This document shows positions 35,583 to 46,712 of a DNA stretch of 64,000 nucleotides, piece after piece. Position numbers and translations under genes: made by a program. The DNA comes from Naegleria gruberi. Its lineage: Eukaryota. The stretch lies in NCBI GenBank assembly GCA_000004985.1, contig GG738889.1. One strand, written 5' to 3'. A model generated the notes under the pieces. That model ran no database searches and was not told the origin of the DNA. It saw nothing but the letters and a program-made list of their open reading frames with translations. The stretch's first letter is position 1. Every line of letters starts with the position of its first letter.

Positions 35583-37505
35583 TTACTTTACAGTTTTGAA
35601 AATTACAACGAGATTGTCACCAAACTCAATTCCGTTTGGAAGTTGAAGACAATATTCTCTTCTGAAAAGAGCCTCAATTGGTGGTGCCTTAATTGAGATG
35701 GAAACATTCTTTGTTTCTCCGTAATGTGGCAACTCTTGCTCTGTCAATACTCTATTTTCATCGGTGTTGGCAAGTGGAAGAAGAATTTCACCATACTCTA
35801 ATGGAGTTTCCTTATCTGATTTTACAACTATTCTCGTTCCAGAAGGGATTGTCAATCCACAATTTGATATTTTCCATGTTTTTAAGAACACAGAACCACA
35901 CTTGACTTCAGAAAAGTCTGGAATGGTAACATCATCCTCGAATGAAAAGTCATAATCTCTTGGATTATAAAGCGAAAAGTTTGAATTTTCAACACTGTGA
36001 TATGAAGGGGAAGGTGTTCCATATGAATGATGTGAGACTGGTGAGCATGGTGGTTTTTTGGAATCATTAATACTTTGTTCAACTTGTTCCTTAATAATTT
36101 TCATTTTAGTAAACATATCTTCCAAATCTTCCTCAGAAGGTAAATTACTAGATTCCTCTTCCCATGGAGAGTTTGAAACCAAATCTCTCTTCAAAATGGT
36201 TGCATATTGTCTGTACAATGTTTCTGCCATTCTCTTGTCGTGTCTCTTAAGCTCAGTTAAGAGAATTTCCATTTGTTGTTTGTAGAAATCCAATTGTTTT
36301 TGGAATATTTTGATGATGGAAATATGAGTATTAATCGGAATAAAGTTTTGAATGTAGACTTCTTGTTCTCCATAACCTGAGTGATATTCATTATCTCTAA
36401 ATGGACTACCTCTAAAAAAATCAGTTGGAGAGGAAAGGCCAAGACCAGGAGAAGGTGAAGATTTGAAGAATGGAGGAGATGGTGGAATTTCATTGTTAAT
36501 GGCTGGTAATTGTTGTTGGATGATGTTATTATTTGGAGGTGTATTTGTTGTGGTGGTGGCTGTTGTGGTTGGTGAATGGGAAATGACTGTCTTGTTGTTT
36601 GAAGAGCTGGTGACGACTGTGGCAGGAGGAGTGTACTTCATTTTCTCTCCAGTTAAATCAATATCCTCCCAGAAACATGATTCGAATACTTGATGAGAAG
36701 TTTGCAATGATTGCCACTCTTTCGGAACTAGATTTTTCACACTAATGTCTTGTTTTGTTGGATCTAGTGAAACTTTCTTTGTTCTATTATTCTTATTCTT
36801 GCTTGTCAATACTTTAACTTGTTGAGTTTGACAGAGGGATTGAAAATCTCCACTCGTAATAACAAAAAATTGAATATAATATTTGCCGTGAGAAACCATT
36901 GTTCTGGAAGGTCTAGAAATTGAAGTTAGAATAATTCTCTCCTCGTTTGGTTTTAAAGTGAAATGTTTTCCTTCGAATAATAAAAAGTCCAAATAATATC
37001 CATTAACTTTGTTTTTCCTGTTTAACATTTCGCAAATATTTCCTTTATCATGAATCTCATGTCTACAATTCAATAGGAGAGGAGGTGTCTCCTTATTGGT
37101 ATTATTTGTAATTTTGAGTGCAACATTGTACTTTTCATACATTTCATCTTCCTTCTTTAAATCATAATTTGACCATTGTTGAAGAAACTGATCATCGATA
37201 GCAGTCTGAATGACCACATCAATCACATTTTGAGAATTACTTGCTGTTGTAGTCAATTGCTGATGATGACTTGCTGATTGTGCTGAAGCATTATTTGATG
37301 ATGAAGCAACCACCATCGGAGAAGAATTCTGCAGAAATGGTGAAGATGGAGCACTATTTGTAAAATACGATCCAGCACCAACACCATTCCCATGATGAGC
37401 ATTTGATGTACCATTAGCCTGATGATTACCATGATGATTATTGTAGTAATTGATCAAATCATAAAACTCTTCATCGGCCAACAAATCCTCCACGTTGACG
37501 TTCAT
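35583..37505 (-). CDS. Hypothetical protein (640 aa) with His/Asn/Thr-rich low-complexity regions, a central coiled coil and a conserved beta-rich C-terminal domain
   Basis: Single ORF with an ATG start. The C-terminal ~110 aa (...CGSVFLKTWKISNCGLTIPSGTRIVVKSDKETPLEYGEILLPL...) looks like a folded domain. No family assigned. Confidence 0.5.
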   Translation of the reverse strand: MNVNVEDLLADEEFYDLINYYNNHHGNHQANGTSNAHHGNGVGAGSYFTNSAPSSPFLQNSSPMVVASSSNNASAQSASHHQQLTTTASNSQNVIDVVIQTAIDDQFLQQWSNYDLKKEDEMYEKYNVALKITNNTNKETPPLLLNCRHEIHDKGNICEMLNRKNKVNGYYLDFLLFEGKHFTLKPNEERIILTSISRPSRTMVSHGKYYIQFFVITSGDFQSLCQTQQVKVLTSKNKNNRTKKVSLDPTKQDISVKNLVPKEWQSLQTSHQVFESCFWEDIDLTGEKMKYTPPATVVTSSSNNKTVISHSPTTTATTTTNTPPNNNIIQQQLPAINNEIPPSPPFFKSSPSPGLGLSSPTDFFRGSPFRDNEYHSGYGEQEVYIQNFIPINTHISIIKIFQKQLDFYKQQMEILLTELKRHDKRMAETLYRQYATILKRDLVSNSPWEEESSNLPSEEDLEDMFTKMKIIKEQVEQSINDSKKPPCSPVSHHSYGTPSPSYHSVENSNFSLYNPRDYDFSFEDDVTIPDFSEVKCGSVFLKTWKISNCGLTIPSGTRIVVKSDKETPLEYGEILLPLANTDENRVLTEQELPHYGETKNVSISIKAPPIEALFRREYCLQLPNGIEFGDNLVVIFKTVK

Positions 37506-37744
37506 TTTTTTTCAAAGCCTAAAATTATAAGATATGAAAATCTCCCGCCCTTTTATTTGAGGTGAAAAAAGGAAGTTTTCTTTAAAAATCAATATGAAAT
37601 AATTACTCTCCTTAACCTCACGGCTCTGCAAGATCATCATCAATAGGATTGGCGTTATCTTGGATTTTTTTTGGATTACAAAGTTTTGTTGGATTCGGAA
37701 TTTGAAGCTGTTGTAAAAAAATTAGAAAAAACAATTTAAAAAAA

Positions 37745-38638
37745 ATGGCAGAATACAAAGGAGACAAGATTGACCTGGCTAGAGCTTTCATGTTGGAGAA
37801 GCAACGTGCGGAACAGTTGGAAAAGCAATTTGAGAAAACAGCTTCCGAGTTGAAAGAGAAGAGTAAATTGGGATCGATAGGAGCCAAGTTTTCGGAAAAG
37901 ACGAATAATAGTGAACAAAATCTTGTTGAACATACTGTTGGTTTGGTCACATTGGAGGATTTTACTAGGAAGAGATTGGAGTTGGAAAGAGAAAAGGAAA
38001 GACAATTGAAACAAAAGGAAAAAAAGAAGCAGAAAAAGTTGGTTCACGTCCTGTCCTTCCAAGATGAATTGGAGGAAGAAAGTGTGGAATCAGAAAAGAA
38101 AAAGATAAAGAAAAATCCTGAAGTAGATACTAGCTTTTTACCTGATAAACAAAGAGAATTGGATGAACAATCACAAATTGAAAAATTAAGAAAGGAATGG
38201 CTTGATGAGCAAGACAAGATTAAAAACGAGGATATTGAAATTACATACAGTTACTGGGATGGTCGTGGTCACAGACGATCTATAACGGTCAAGAAGGGTA
38301 TAACAGTTGAAGGATTTTTATACAAGGTCCAACAAGATTGGAAAGAATTGAAGAGAATTTCAGTTTCGGATTTATTGTACATTAAGGAAGATTTGATCAT
38401 TCCCCACCACTATTCATTCTATGATTTAATTGCAAATAATACTAAGGGTAAAACAGGTGTCATGTTCAGATTTGACGTTCACGATGACATTAGAGCTGTC
38501 AGTGATGCCACTGTAGAAAAACAAGAAGCGCACGCCTCCAAAATTGTAGATAGAAGATTTTATGAAAAGCACAAAAACGAGCTTCCATACTCCAAGTGGG
38601 AAGTTTACAATCCAAAGAAACATGTACAGAAAGAATAA
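37745..38638 (+). CDS. XAP5 / FAM50 family nuclear protein (297 aa)
   Basis: Lys/Glu-rich N-terminal half, then the diagnostic XAP5 C-terminal domain (EITYSYWDGRGHRRSITVKKG...YIKEDLIIPHHYSFYDLI...FRFDVHDDIRAVSDATVEKQEAHASKIV). Confidence 0.85.
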   Translation: MAEYKGDKIDLARAFMLEKQRAEQLEKQFEKTASELKEKSKLGSIGAKFSEKTNNSEQNLVEHTVGLVTLEDFTRKRLELEREKERQLKQKEKKKQKKLVHVLSFQDELEEESVESEKKKIKKNPEVDTSFLPDKQRELDEQSQIEKLRKEWLDEQDKIKNEDIEITYSYWDGRGHRRSITVKKGITVEGFLYKVQQDWKELKRISVSDLLYIKEDLIIPHHYSFYDLIANNTKGKTGVMFRFDVHDDIRAVSDATVEKQEAHASKIVDRRFYEKHKNELPYSKWEVYNPKKHVQKE

Positions 38639-38639
38639 A

Positions 38640-40811
38640 TTATTTTACTTCACTAGTAGTAGGGGTAGTAGCACTATTTAACATGTTAGTTAACATATTT
38701 GAGAATGCCTCAAAGAATTCCTTTTGTGCCTTATCACCATTCTTAGGAGTGAGTGTGTAAATCTTATTTTCACCCTGCTTTAAAAATTTGTATATTCCAT
38801 GATCTTCAAATTTGAGTAAATTCTCAGCATTGAATGGAATCATTTTAGACTTCTGAACAATTCCCCTCTCAACAACCAAAAGAATATCAGAAAATAGATA
38901 CAAAGTTACAGTTCCACTTCTTCCCTTCTTTTTAAAATCAAAAAGAGCCTCAGAAAGGAACTTTCTTGAAGGATGAATAATCATCTTATTTCTCAACTTC
39001 TTTGATAAGATGTGCATCTTGGTCATATTCTGAATTTCTCTCTCCTTCTCATTGCAATACTCGGCAACACTTACAACTCCTCCAGTTGCCTTAGCCAATA
39101 ATTCATGAACTTCTGGTAAATGTTTGGAGCATTTAACAATTTCTGAAAGTAGTAATTGATATCTTGGAATTCTTTGAATTGGAGCAATCAAGTAAGAACT
39201 TGGAGGTGAAGGAATCAATCCATCCTTTGCAATATTAAGAAATGCTTCTTGTAAGTATCTTTCAAACTTTTTGTTCTTCTTCTTCTCGATATTTAATTGT
39301 TCTATTGAACTCTTATATTTTGTAATGTAACCAATGTAGAGTTTCAATGTATGGCCAAACTTGGAAATTTCTTTTGCTAGCTCAATTTCCATATTATTAT
39401 TTGTTCTATTTTTACAATACTCGTAAAGTACACTGTCTTCATCAGTTTCTGGAATGTCAATAATGTGATCTAACTTGTCATAGAACATCTTATTGACTCT
39501 ATAAATTATACCCATTTCACCGATGGCTTTTTGAAGAAAGTCCTTAGGGACAATACTTTGTTTCATTTCCTTCAGTGGATTAATATAGTAAATTTGAAAA
39601 GTGGATAGTGTTTTCAGATAATTAATTTCTGTCTTTTTCAATTCCTTTATCAATCTGATTCTCTTATAATCAATTTCCAAGTTATTCTTTTCCTCAATTT
39701 CGAATATTGAACTATCCAATTTATCAATGATGGCATATTCTTCATCCATGTAGAATTCTTCTTCGTCGAAATCATCTATCTGATCAAGATTCCACTCTGG
39801 AGGACTCACAGTTCTTGAAGATAATCCTGTATCATCTTCATCTTGAGGCTCCAAATTACTCATATCTAGAACCCCAGCTGACTGATCATCATATTCACTA
39901 AATTCATCCTGTGAATACATTTCATAATCGACATTAGAAACAACTTCTAATTGACTTGCACTTAACAACATTGGATTAATATTTTGTGGAGTATTCATAT
40001 GAGAAGTGGAATAACCTTCAGTTACCAACGAGTTGGGAAGAATTTGAAATTGTGGAAATGGAATCTGAAATGGCTCTTCTTTCTTATTGCTCTTTTCTGA
40101 AGGAGGATCAACGTGATCAATAACAATAAGTGGAATTGGATCTGGAATAATGGGAATTGGTCGAGTTGGTATTTGAGGAGAAGGAAGAACTTCATCAGTC
40201 GTTTGTGAAGTTGTAGAAGGTGAGCTTAACTGTTCATAAGAGTCTTCATTAGTAGACCCCTGATTATGTTGATATTCCTCAATCAAAACATTGATCTCTG
40301 AGTGGGAAGAAACTTCGCTCTCCTTATTATTAAAACCTTTTTGAAAGTTGCATATTTGTTCTTGTTGTTGAATATGAGCATCCCTCGATTCCTTTGTAGA
40401 TTCCACTGATGGAAGATGTTGATGATAGTGTCCTGGTGGTGTTGGCAGTGCCTTCATAGCCTTCAAATGAGTATTATCAATATGAATACTTGGTATTGTT
40501 GGAGGTTCATAGGATAAAGAGGTTGTTGGGTCAATATTGTTATTTATGTTATTATTATCAAGGGTAGAAGTGGTATTTTGAATGTTGGTAGATTTAATAG
40601 AGTTTCTATTGTTTTGATGTTGGGGAATAATAGAACGATGATGTTCATGGAAAAGAAGAGGTTTGCTCTTATCATCGGAAAGTTGGGAAAAGGCAGAATT
40701 TCTATTGTGTTGATGAGTGAGTGTTACGGAGGGTGGTGGATTGGAGGCTAATGATGATGAGTTGCCCTTCTTATTGCCTCCAAATCCAAAGCAATCACAT
40801 AGAAAGGACAT
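38640..40811 (-). CDS. Rho guanine-nucleotide exchange factor (DH-PH), 723 aa, Asn-rich N-terminus
   Basis: DH domain (RIRLIKELKKTEINYLKTLSTFQIYYINPLKE...LIAPIQRIPRYQLLLSEIVK) followed by a PH-like region. Confidence 0.7.
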   Translation of the reverse strand: MSFLCDCFGFGGNKKGNSSSLASNPPPSVTLTHQHNRNSAFSQLSDDKSKPLLFHEHHRSIIPQHQNNRNSIKSTNIQNTTSTLDNNNINNNIDPTTSLSYEPPTIPSIHIDNTHLKAMKALPTPPGHYHQHLPSVESTKESRDAHIQQQEQICNFQKGFNNKESEVSSHSEINVLIEEYQHNQGSTNEDSYEQLSSPSTTSQTTDEVLPSPQIPTRPIPIIPDPIPLIVIDHVDPPSEKSNKKEEPFQIPFPQFQILPNSLVTEGYSTSHMNTPQNINPMLLSASQLEVVSNVDYEMYSQDEFSEYDDQSAGVLDMSNLEPQDEDDTGLSSRTVSPPEWNLDQIDDFDEEEFYMDEEYAIIDKLDSSIFEIEEKNNLEIDYKRIRLIKELKKTEINYLKTLSTFQIYYINPLKEMKQSIVPKDFLQKAIGEMGIIYRVNKMFYDKLDHIIDIPETDEDSVLYEYCKNRTNNNMEIELAKEISKFGHTLKLYIGYITKYKSSIEQLNIEKKKNKKFERYLQEAFLNIAKDGLIPSPPSSYLIAPIQRIPRYQLLLSEIVKCSKHLPEVHELLAKATGGVVSVAEYCNEKEREIQNMTKMHILSKKLRNKMIIHPSRKFLSEALFDFKKKGRSGTVTLYLFSDILLVVERGIVQKSKMIPFNAENLLKFEDHGIYKFLKQGENKIYTLTPKNGDKAQKEFFEAFSNMLTNMLNSATTPTTSEVK

Positions 40812-40995
40812 TTGAATGTGTTTTCAATTATTAAGGCTGAAAAATAAGTAGAGAGGGCGGTGGCAATTTCTTAAACTTATTACAGCAGTACCACCCAGCG
40901 AATGGTTTTCACTCAATTTTTAAAACACAGTAAAGACAATCAAAATACAGCGAGACATTTATTGCCATTATTGCGCATTAGAGTCAGTAGAGTCT

Positions 40996-42389
40996 TTATT
41001 TATTGATCCATGGTTGATTTTCAGTGCCATAGACTCCATAGTTTGAAGATGATTCATAGTCGCCAGAAGCACCTGGTGATGGTGGACGTAATGGTGGTCC
41101 AGAAGGTACAACTGGTCCAGATCCTCCTTCACTTACACTTGGATAAGGATTATATCTATAGTTAGAAGAACCTGCAGAGGAAAAGTATCTTGGGTGATTT
41201 CGAGATGGTGAAATTCTGTTAGAAGTTGGTCTTGAAGAGGAACCTGGTGGAGGTGATGATGGTTCTCTTCCAGTTCCAGGAGGAGGAGTATATGGAGGAT
41301 AATCATAACTTCCATTAGGTCCATAAGGTGGATAATATCCATAGGCTCCAGGTGGATAGTAAGCTCCAGGTGGATAACCTGAATAAGGTGGATATCCTGT
41401 ATAGCCAGAGTAAGGTGGGCCAGAGAATGGTCTAGCATCCTTACCTCCACTTGTTGAGCTTGCAGTTGAGGCACCACTGGCTCCACGAGTGTGTTCTTCA
41501 CCACTCATTGATGGAGGAGTACCTGGTGGAGGTGGAAATTGGCCATAAGGTGGATATCCATAATATCCATAGTTATAATAGTCATATGGTGGTTGACCTG
41601 ATTGAGGAGGAAGATAAGAACCAGGTGGTAATCTACCTCCTTTTGGTGTATGACCACCTCCTCTTTGTCTGAATGGTGGCTTACCTCCACCTCTTCCACC
41701 ACCACCACTTCCACGACCATTGTCTCTTCCACTACCACCTCTAGAACCACGTGGATGGTCCTTATCACGCATTGATTTTGGCATTAAACGCTCCCTAGGT
41801 GTTCTTTTTCCTTGATAACCTTGTCCAGGTGTTGAGTTGTGTCCTTCTGTTCTGGCAGCTTTTTCAATATGAAGAGCTTGACCTTTCACAACAATTTTGG
41901 CTTCCTTAAGTCTTGTTGCATCCTCAACACTGGCCATGGTAACAAAACAGAAACCTCTATTAATAAGTTTCTTTCTGTCCATAACTATTTTTACAGATTC
42001 AACCTTACCGAATAATGAAAATTCCTTAGTAATATCCTCCTCTCTTGTATCTACAGTCAAGTTAAATACAAATAATACTCTAGAGTTATCGGTTAAACTA
42101 TTCTTGTATTCATTTTCTTCATCCTCATCCTCTTGAAGGTCATGATAATTATCTTGATGTTCACCGTGGTGTGCATGTTGAGGATTAGAATCTGTTTGGT
42201 TGTTGGTATTGTTGTTGTTTTTACGTTGTGGTGATTCGGGTGTCTGTTGATAATAACGGTTTTACATGTTGGAGGTTTTTCAAAATTGTTGATAATTGAA
42301 CATGAACCATACAGTTATAAATATAAATATGATGTTGTTTAAATGTGATTTAAATTAGAAATTTGATGATGTTGATGATTTCATACCAT
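40996..42389 (-). CDS. RRM-domain RNA-binding protein with RGG box and Tyr/Pro/Gly-rich C-terminus; proposed structure complement(join(40996..42243,42387..42389)) with an ATG-only first exon
   Basis: The track ORF starts inside the RRM (RNP1 RGFCFVTM). RNP2 (LFVFNL) and an acidic/His-rich N-terminal extension lie upstream in the same frame, but the only in-frame ATG is followed by a stop. An ATG|GTATGA...CAG intron (~143 nt) gives an in-frame start. The long C-terminal PPGYY/RGG low-complexity region is clear. Confidence 0.5.
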
Positions 42390-42803
42390 TTGATGTGTAT
42401 TTTACTATATGATGTAGTGTTGCTGACTTGATGGAGAATCTTGATGGAGTCTACCTGTTGTTATATATTCTTAATAAAAATTGTTGCCGAGTTGTTGCTG
42501 CTGCTTTGAAACGAAAGTATACACAGTCCTCAAAACTTGAATTGTTACTCCTCAGTACTTATTGTGGAAACAAAAAAGTTGTGTGCTGCTGCGACTACGT
42601 TATATTCCTGCTGTCGTAGTGTGGTTGTATTTTTTAAAATTAGATTTTGCAATTTTTAAAAAATTATTTTTATTAATTAAAAAAATCCGATTAATACTTC
42701 CTCATATACTGTTGCACAACTTTGATTCATCTCTTTTTTGGGAAAGAAGTTCTTGCTTATGAAATTATTTGTTGTTCTTTTATGTGGATAGAATAGTAGA
42801 TAG

Positions 42804-44838
42804 ATGGAGAAGAATGTGGATTCGGAGGCTTGTTTTCAACCTATCAGAGAACAAATATTAATTGCCTTGAATTTTGAAAAGGATTTATCTTGTAATATTT
42901 ATTAAATTGGATCGAGAGTATATGGAACTCATAGGGATGATTCTGATTATGATTTTTTCATGGTAATTTCCGATGATTTTTATCAAAGTTTGAACGAGAA
43001 TTATAGTCGTGAGGAAAATTTGAGATTTCATAATAAGTTTAAAGATTCGTGGGTTGTTTTTTCAGAGAATGAAAATAATAGACCTTCATTGGAAAGTAAA
43101 CTAAATAATGAGGCTTCTGAATGGTCAAAAGAGGGCAAATCTGGTATGGGAAGAGAATTTCAGTGTTTACTATTGGAAACCTCTTGTGGAACTGAGCTGA
43201 ATGTAAATCTTTACAATTACAGCTCATTCAAAAAAAGGCTAGAATCGAACTGGATTCAATCCATCATGTGCTACAGTGCAAGTGAAAAATTTGTTCCAAG
43301 TTTGGATTTTCCTGAACTGCACACTTGTTTCAAGTTATATTTCAGAAAGATAGCTCTGAGTGCCATTGCTGAAGCAAGTAGTCATTATAGGCTTGCTAAG
43401 AAATATTGGAGCTCATCTAACACATACAGACCAAAGAAGTATATTGTTCATACTTTTAGAGATTTATTATTTGCTATTCAAATAGTGAAATTCAGAAGAA
43501 TTGTTGACTTTTCTCAGTCCAACGATTTGTATTATGAAATAATGGGAAAAGAGGAAACTGATTGGAATTATTTTGATTCAATTTACTATGCGAGATATCA
43601 AAAAATGAAAGAGGAACTAAATGAACTAGTAATGCTACCACCAATTGTGAAAGAAATTGAAAAACTTCCAAACAGTATTCATGTTTATGTCACTAGAATG
43701 AATAATGACTTCCAATCCATCTCAGATGAATTGGAAAGCTATTTTTCACTGGATATTACACACAAAAATGAAAACAATGTGGAATATCTATATTTTAGAG
43801 GAACAGATGAAACTCCTCTATATTCAGATTTTACCCTGAAGTTGTTTAATGGTTGCATACTCGGTAAATTCAATAATGTCACGGAACTCATCTGCCTCCC
43901 TCATAAGAAAGCTATTCCTGTTGGAAATCGTTATCAACCAAAGGTACTAGATATTAAAAATGGTTGTACCATTTGGAATATTGAAGCCAGTGCAAATATA
44001 GAAAATCTCATGGTACACATATACTATGACATTTTTACTCACAATTGGAAAATGTTACACAATGAAAAACCTAGTTGTGAAATTATATGGAAGAAATTTA
44101 AGGAACTAGGCTATGAAACTCCAAATAATGTAGATTTTACGTATACATTTGAAGTAATATTGGAAAGGAAAACATTTATTATTCAACAAATTAACCTCTT
44201 TTCAATTCAAGATACGAAGAAAGAGGTAATGGTCGATTTTTCTGAAGAGCTCTACTCAACGAAGAGATTAAAACATAATGGACTTACCTCACTGACTCAC
44301 ATTACTAACTATGCTAAGCAAATTAACCCATTGGAAACCAAAGAAATATTAATTATTGAAAAATCATGCATTCTTTCAGTAAGTGTCATTCAATTATATC
44401 GCAAATATTTATGCTATATTAAAGTATATCCTACCTCAATTCAATATTTTGAGCAATAGCTCTGAAAATGCTGCAGAGAGAGTTACCATTGAGCTTTTAC
44501 GTACTTCTCTCAATAATCCTCAACTCATTGAAATGGCAAGAGATTATGTCACCCTTAGATTCAACTCCTCTACGATATTCGATTCCGTACACAAAAAGAT
44601 TTCACTCCTTGTTGATAAGATATGTGACCTTCTCCCTCTAAATTTCAAAACGGAAGGAACAGAAAAAACAATTGGTCAAAGTTTCATCACCGAGTTAAAT
44701 TTTGTAAAGATTTTCCTTGTTTCTCTTCAACAAAAGCTCAAAAAACAATCCACAACCAACAATTTTGATTTTGTTTGCAATTGTTTCAAAGAGGTTGATA
44801 GTGATACGTTTTTTAAAGTGGCCAACACCTTCGAATAA
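42804..44838 (+). CDS. Polymerase-beta-superfamily nucleotidyltransferase (OAS/cGAS/Mab21-like or Cid1-like; family unresolved), ~660 aa: join(42804..44378,44425..44838) with an in-frame TAA at 42903-42905
   Basis: N-terminal helix plus NTase core ...IREQILIALNFEKDLSCNIY*IGSRVYGTHRDDSDYDFFMV fits h-G-S-x9-13-D-h-D, but codon 34 (where a hydrophobic residue is expected) is TAA. A 46-nt GTAAGT...AAAG intron joins the 499-aa track ORF to the downstream 151-aa ORF in frame. Confidence 0.5.
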
Positions 44839-45003
44839 AAACAACCACTAACCATTCTAACGAATGGGCACGATAAGCGCGAGATGGAAGGAATAATAAG
44901 TGAAGTCGGACGAATAAGCAGTAACATTCACTCTGTACTGGAGATCTCTTAAAATCATAACAAAGAGGTACAACAAACTCACAAATCATCACACAAAACA
45001 AAA

Positions 45004-46633
45004 ATGCAACACTCAACTGTGTTTCTTCTTGTCATCTCGTTGATTGGTTAGTAGCAGTTACATTATTATTGAACTAAACACCACATGCCAAACAGCATTT
45101 GTTATCAACAACGCATGCGCAGCACCTTATCCATGCGCTACCGTCTATCGTCCATTTTCTGCTGATTCTCTGTGGAATAGTCGTCCGGTCAATCCTGTCC
45201 TTGCTGAAAATGTCACCATACCAGAATCTGAAGTAAAATATTACCCAGCAATTGGTGAAGGAAGTTTCTCAACAGGTGTCTATATTGCATCAGCCTCTGA
45301 TCCATCAGTGACAGTTTATGGTCCTTCTGATTCGGTTGGAATTAATCTTTCTGAAGCTTTCGCCAAAGTACCAAGTCTTGTAATTCCAAGATGGCCAGGA
45401 AATACTATTCCTGCATCAGGTGGTGATGGCCATTGTGAAATTTATGATCCAATTGATAATAGAATTCACTCTTTCTGGCAATTGAAGAAGGTGAATGGTA
45501 CATGGCGTGCAACTCTTTATGGATGGTCTGCATTGGATGGACCTGGTTGGTCAACTCCTGCTACTTTTTATTCTGGAGCTAGAGCAGTTGGTATTGCCTC
45601 CTCTGCAGGATTGATTCGTACTCATGAAGTAAATGATGGTGATACCATGTATAGACATGCTTTAACCATGTCCATGACCAATAATGGTTTGGACAACAAT
45701 CCTACTTATGTCTTTCCAGCCACAGCTGCCGATAGTGATGCTGCAACCACTAACTATGGTAATATTCCAGAAGGCAGTCGTCTATTTTTGCCATCTTCAT
45801 TCAATGTATCTAAATTGATATCTACTCCAAAATTGAAAAAGATTGCTGAAACTTTGAAAACTTATGGAGCTTATGTCACTGATAGAAATTATGGAACACC
45901 ATATTTTATCTATGTTGAAATGGGATCCAATTATACACTCCATCCAGGTGGTTGGAATAATGTAGCAGCCAGTGAATTGCAAGTTATTCGTGCAGCTCTT
46001 CGTCCAATGGTTTCATGCTCTGGTTGGCTTAATGGAAATGATCAACAAGTCACATTTACACAAAATCAAAATGTTTTATCAATGAGAGGTCCATGGGGTT
46101 TAGAAAGTGGACCATCAGGAGGAAGTTATGATACATGGAAACAAGCTGTAGTGTTTGCTAATAGAACTTCTAGGACAACCTTCAGAACTTACAGTGCAAA
46201 CGGATTTGCTAAGGTTTCCTGGGGATCCCCAACAAGTGGAGTATTATATAATGTTACTGCCAAGACAACAGGTGGTGGTCAATTCAGATTGCTCTTGAAT
46301 ATGCAATGTCAAAACAAGTCAAATATTGATACAGGTGCGCTCTCTAATGGACAAAGTTATTTATTTACATGGCCATCTTCATATTGCTCTAGTTCTATTT
46401 TTGCCTATAGTGGAGTCAACCAAGAATCAAGTGTGTCTGTGACCATGTTGAGATATGAAGCTCCACAACCACAAGATACCTCATCTAAAGGTGGATCTAC
46501 TAATCCATCTAGCTCGTCTACAATTGTACCAACCCCATCAAAATCCTCAAGAAACGTCAATAGTTCTGTAAGAGTGGAATATAGTTTGGTTCTTGGCATT
46601 TTCTTTGTAATTCTATCACTTCTTCAATTCTAG
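45004..46633 (+). CDS. Secreted Ser/Thr-rich GPI-anchored (cell-wall-type) protein, ~526 aa: join(45004..45046,45096..46633)
   Basis: Signal-peptide exon MQHSTVFLLVISLI joined by a 49-nt intron (GTTAGT..CTAAAC..CAG). C-terminal Ser/Thr-rich stalk, omega-site-like region and hydrophobic tail (SLVLGIFFVILSLLQF). Confidence 0.6.
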
Positions 46634-46712
46634 AATAAAATACTGCTTTAGGACAACTTTTGGATTATGTGCGATAACAACAAATACGATCATCAAATTT
46701 CAAAAGAAAAAA

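Noticed and set aside
41133-41768. Antisense and alternate-frame ORFs in the RGG/PY-rich tail of the RRM protein
   Set aside because: Repetitive GGT/CCA/TAT composition yields open frames on both strands. Only the frame continuous with the RRM is credible.
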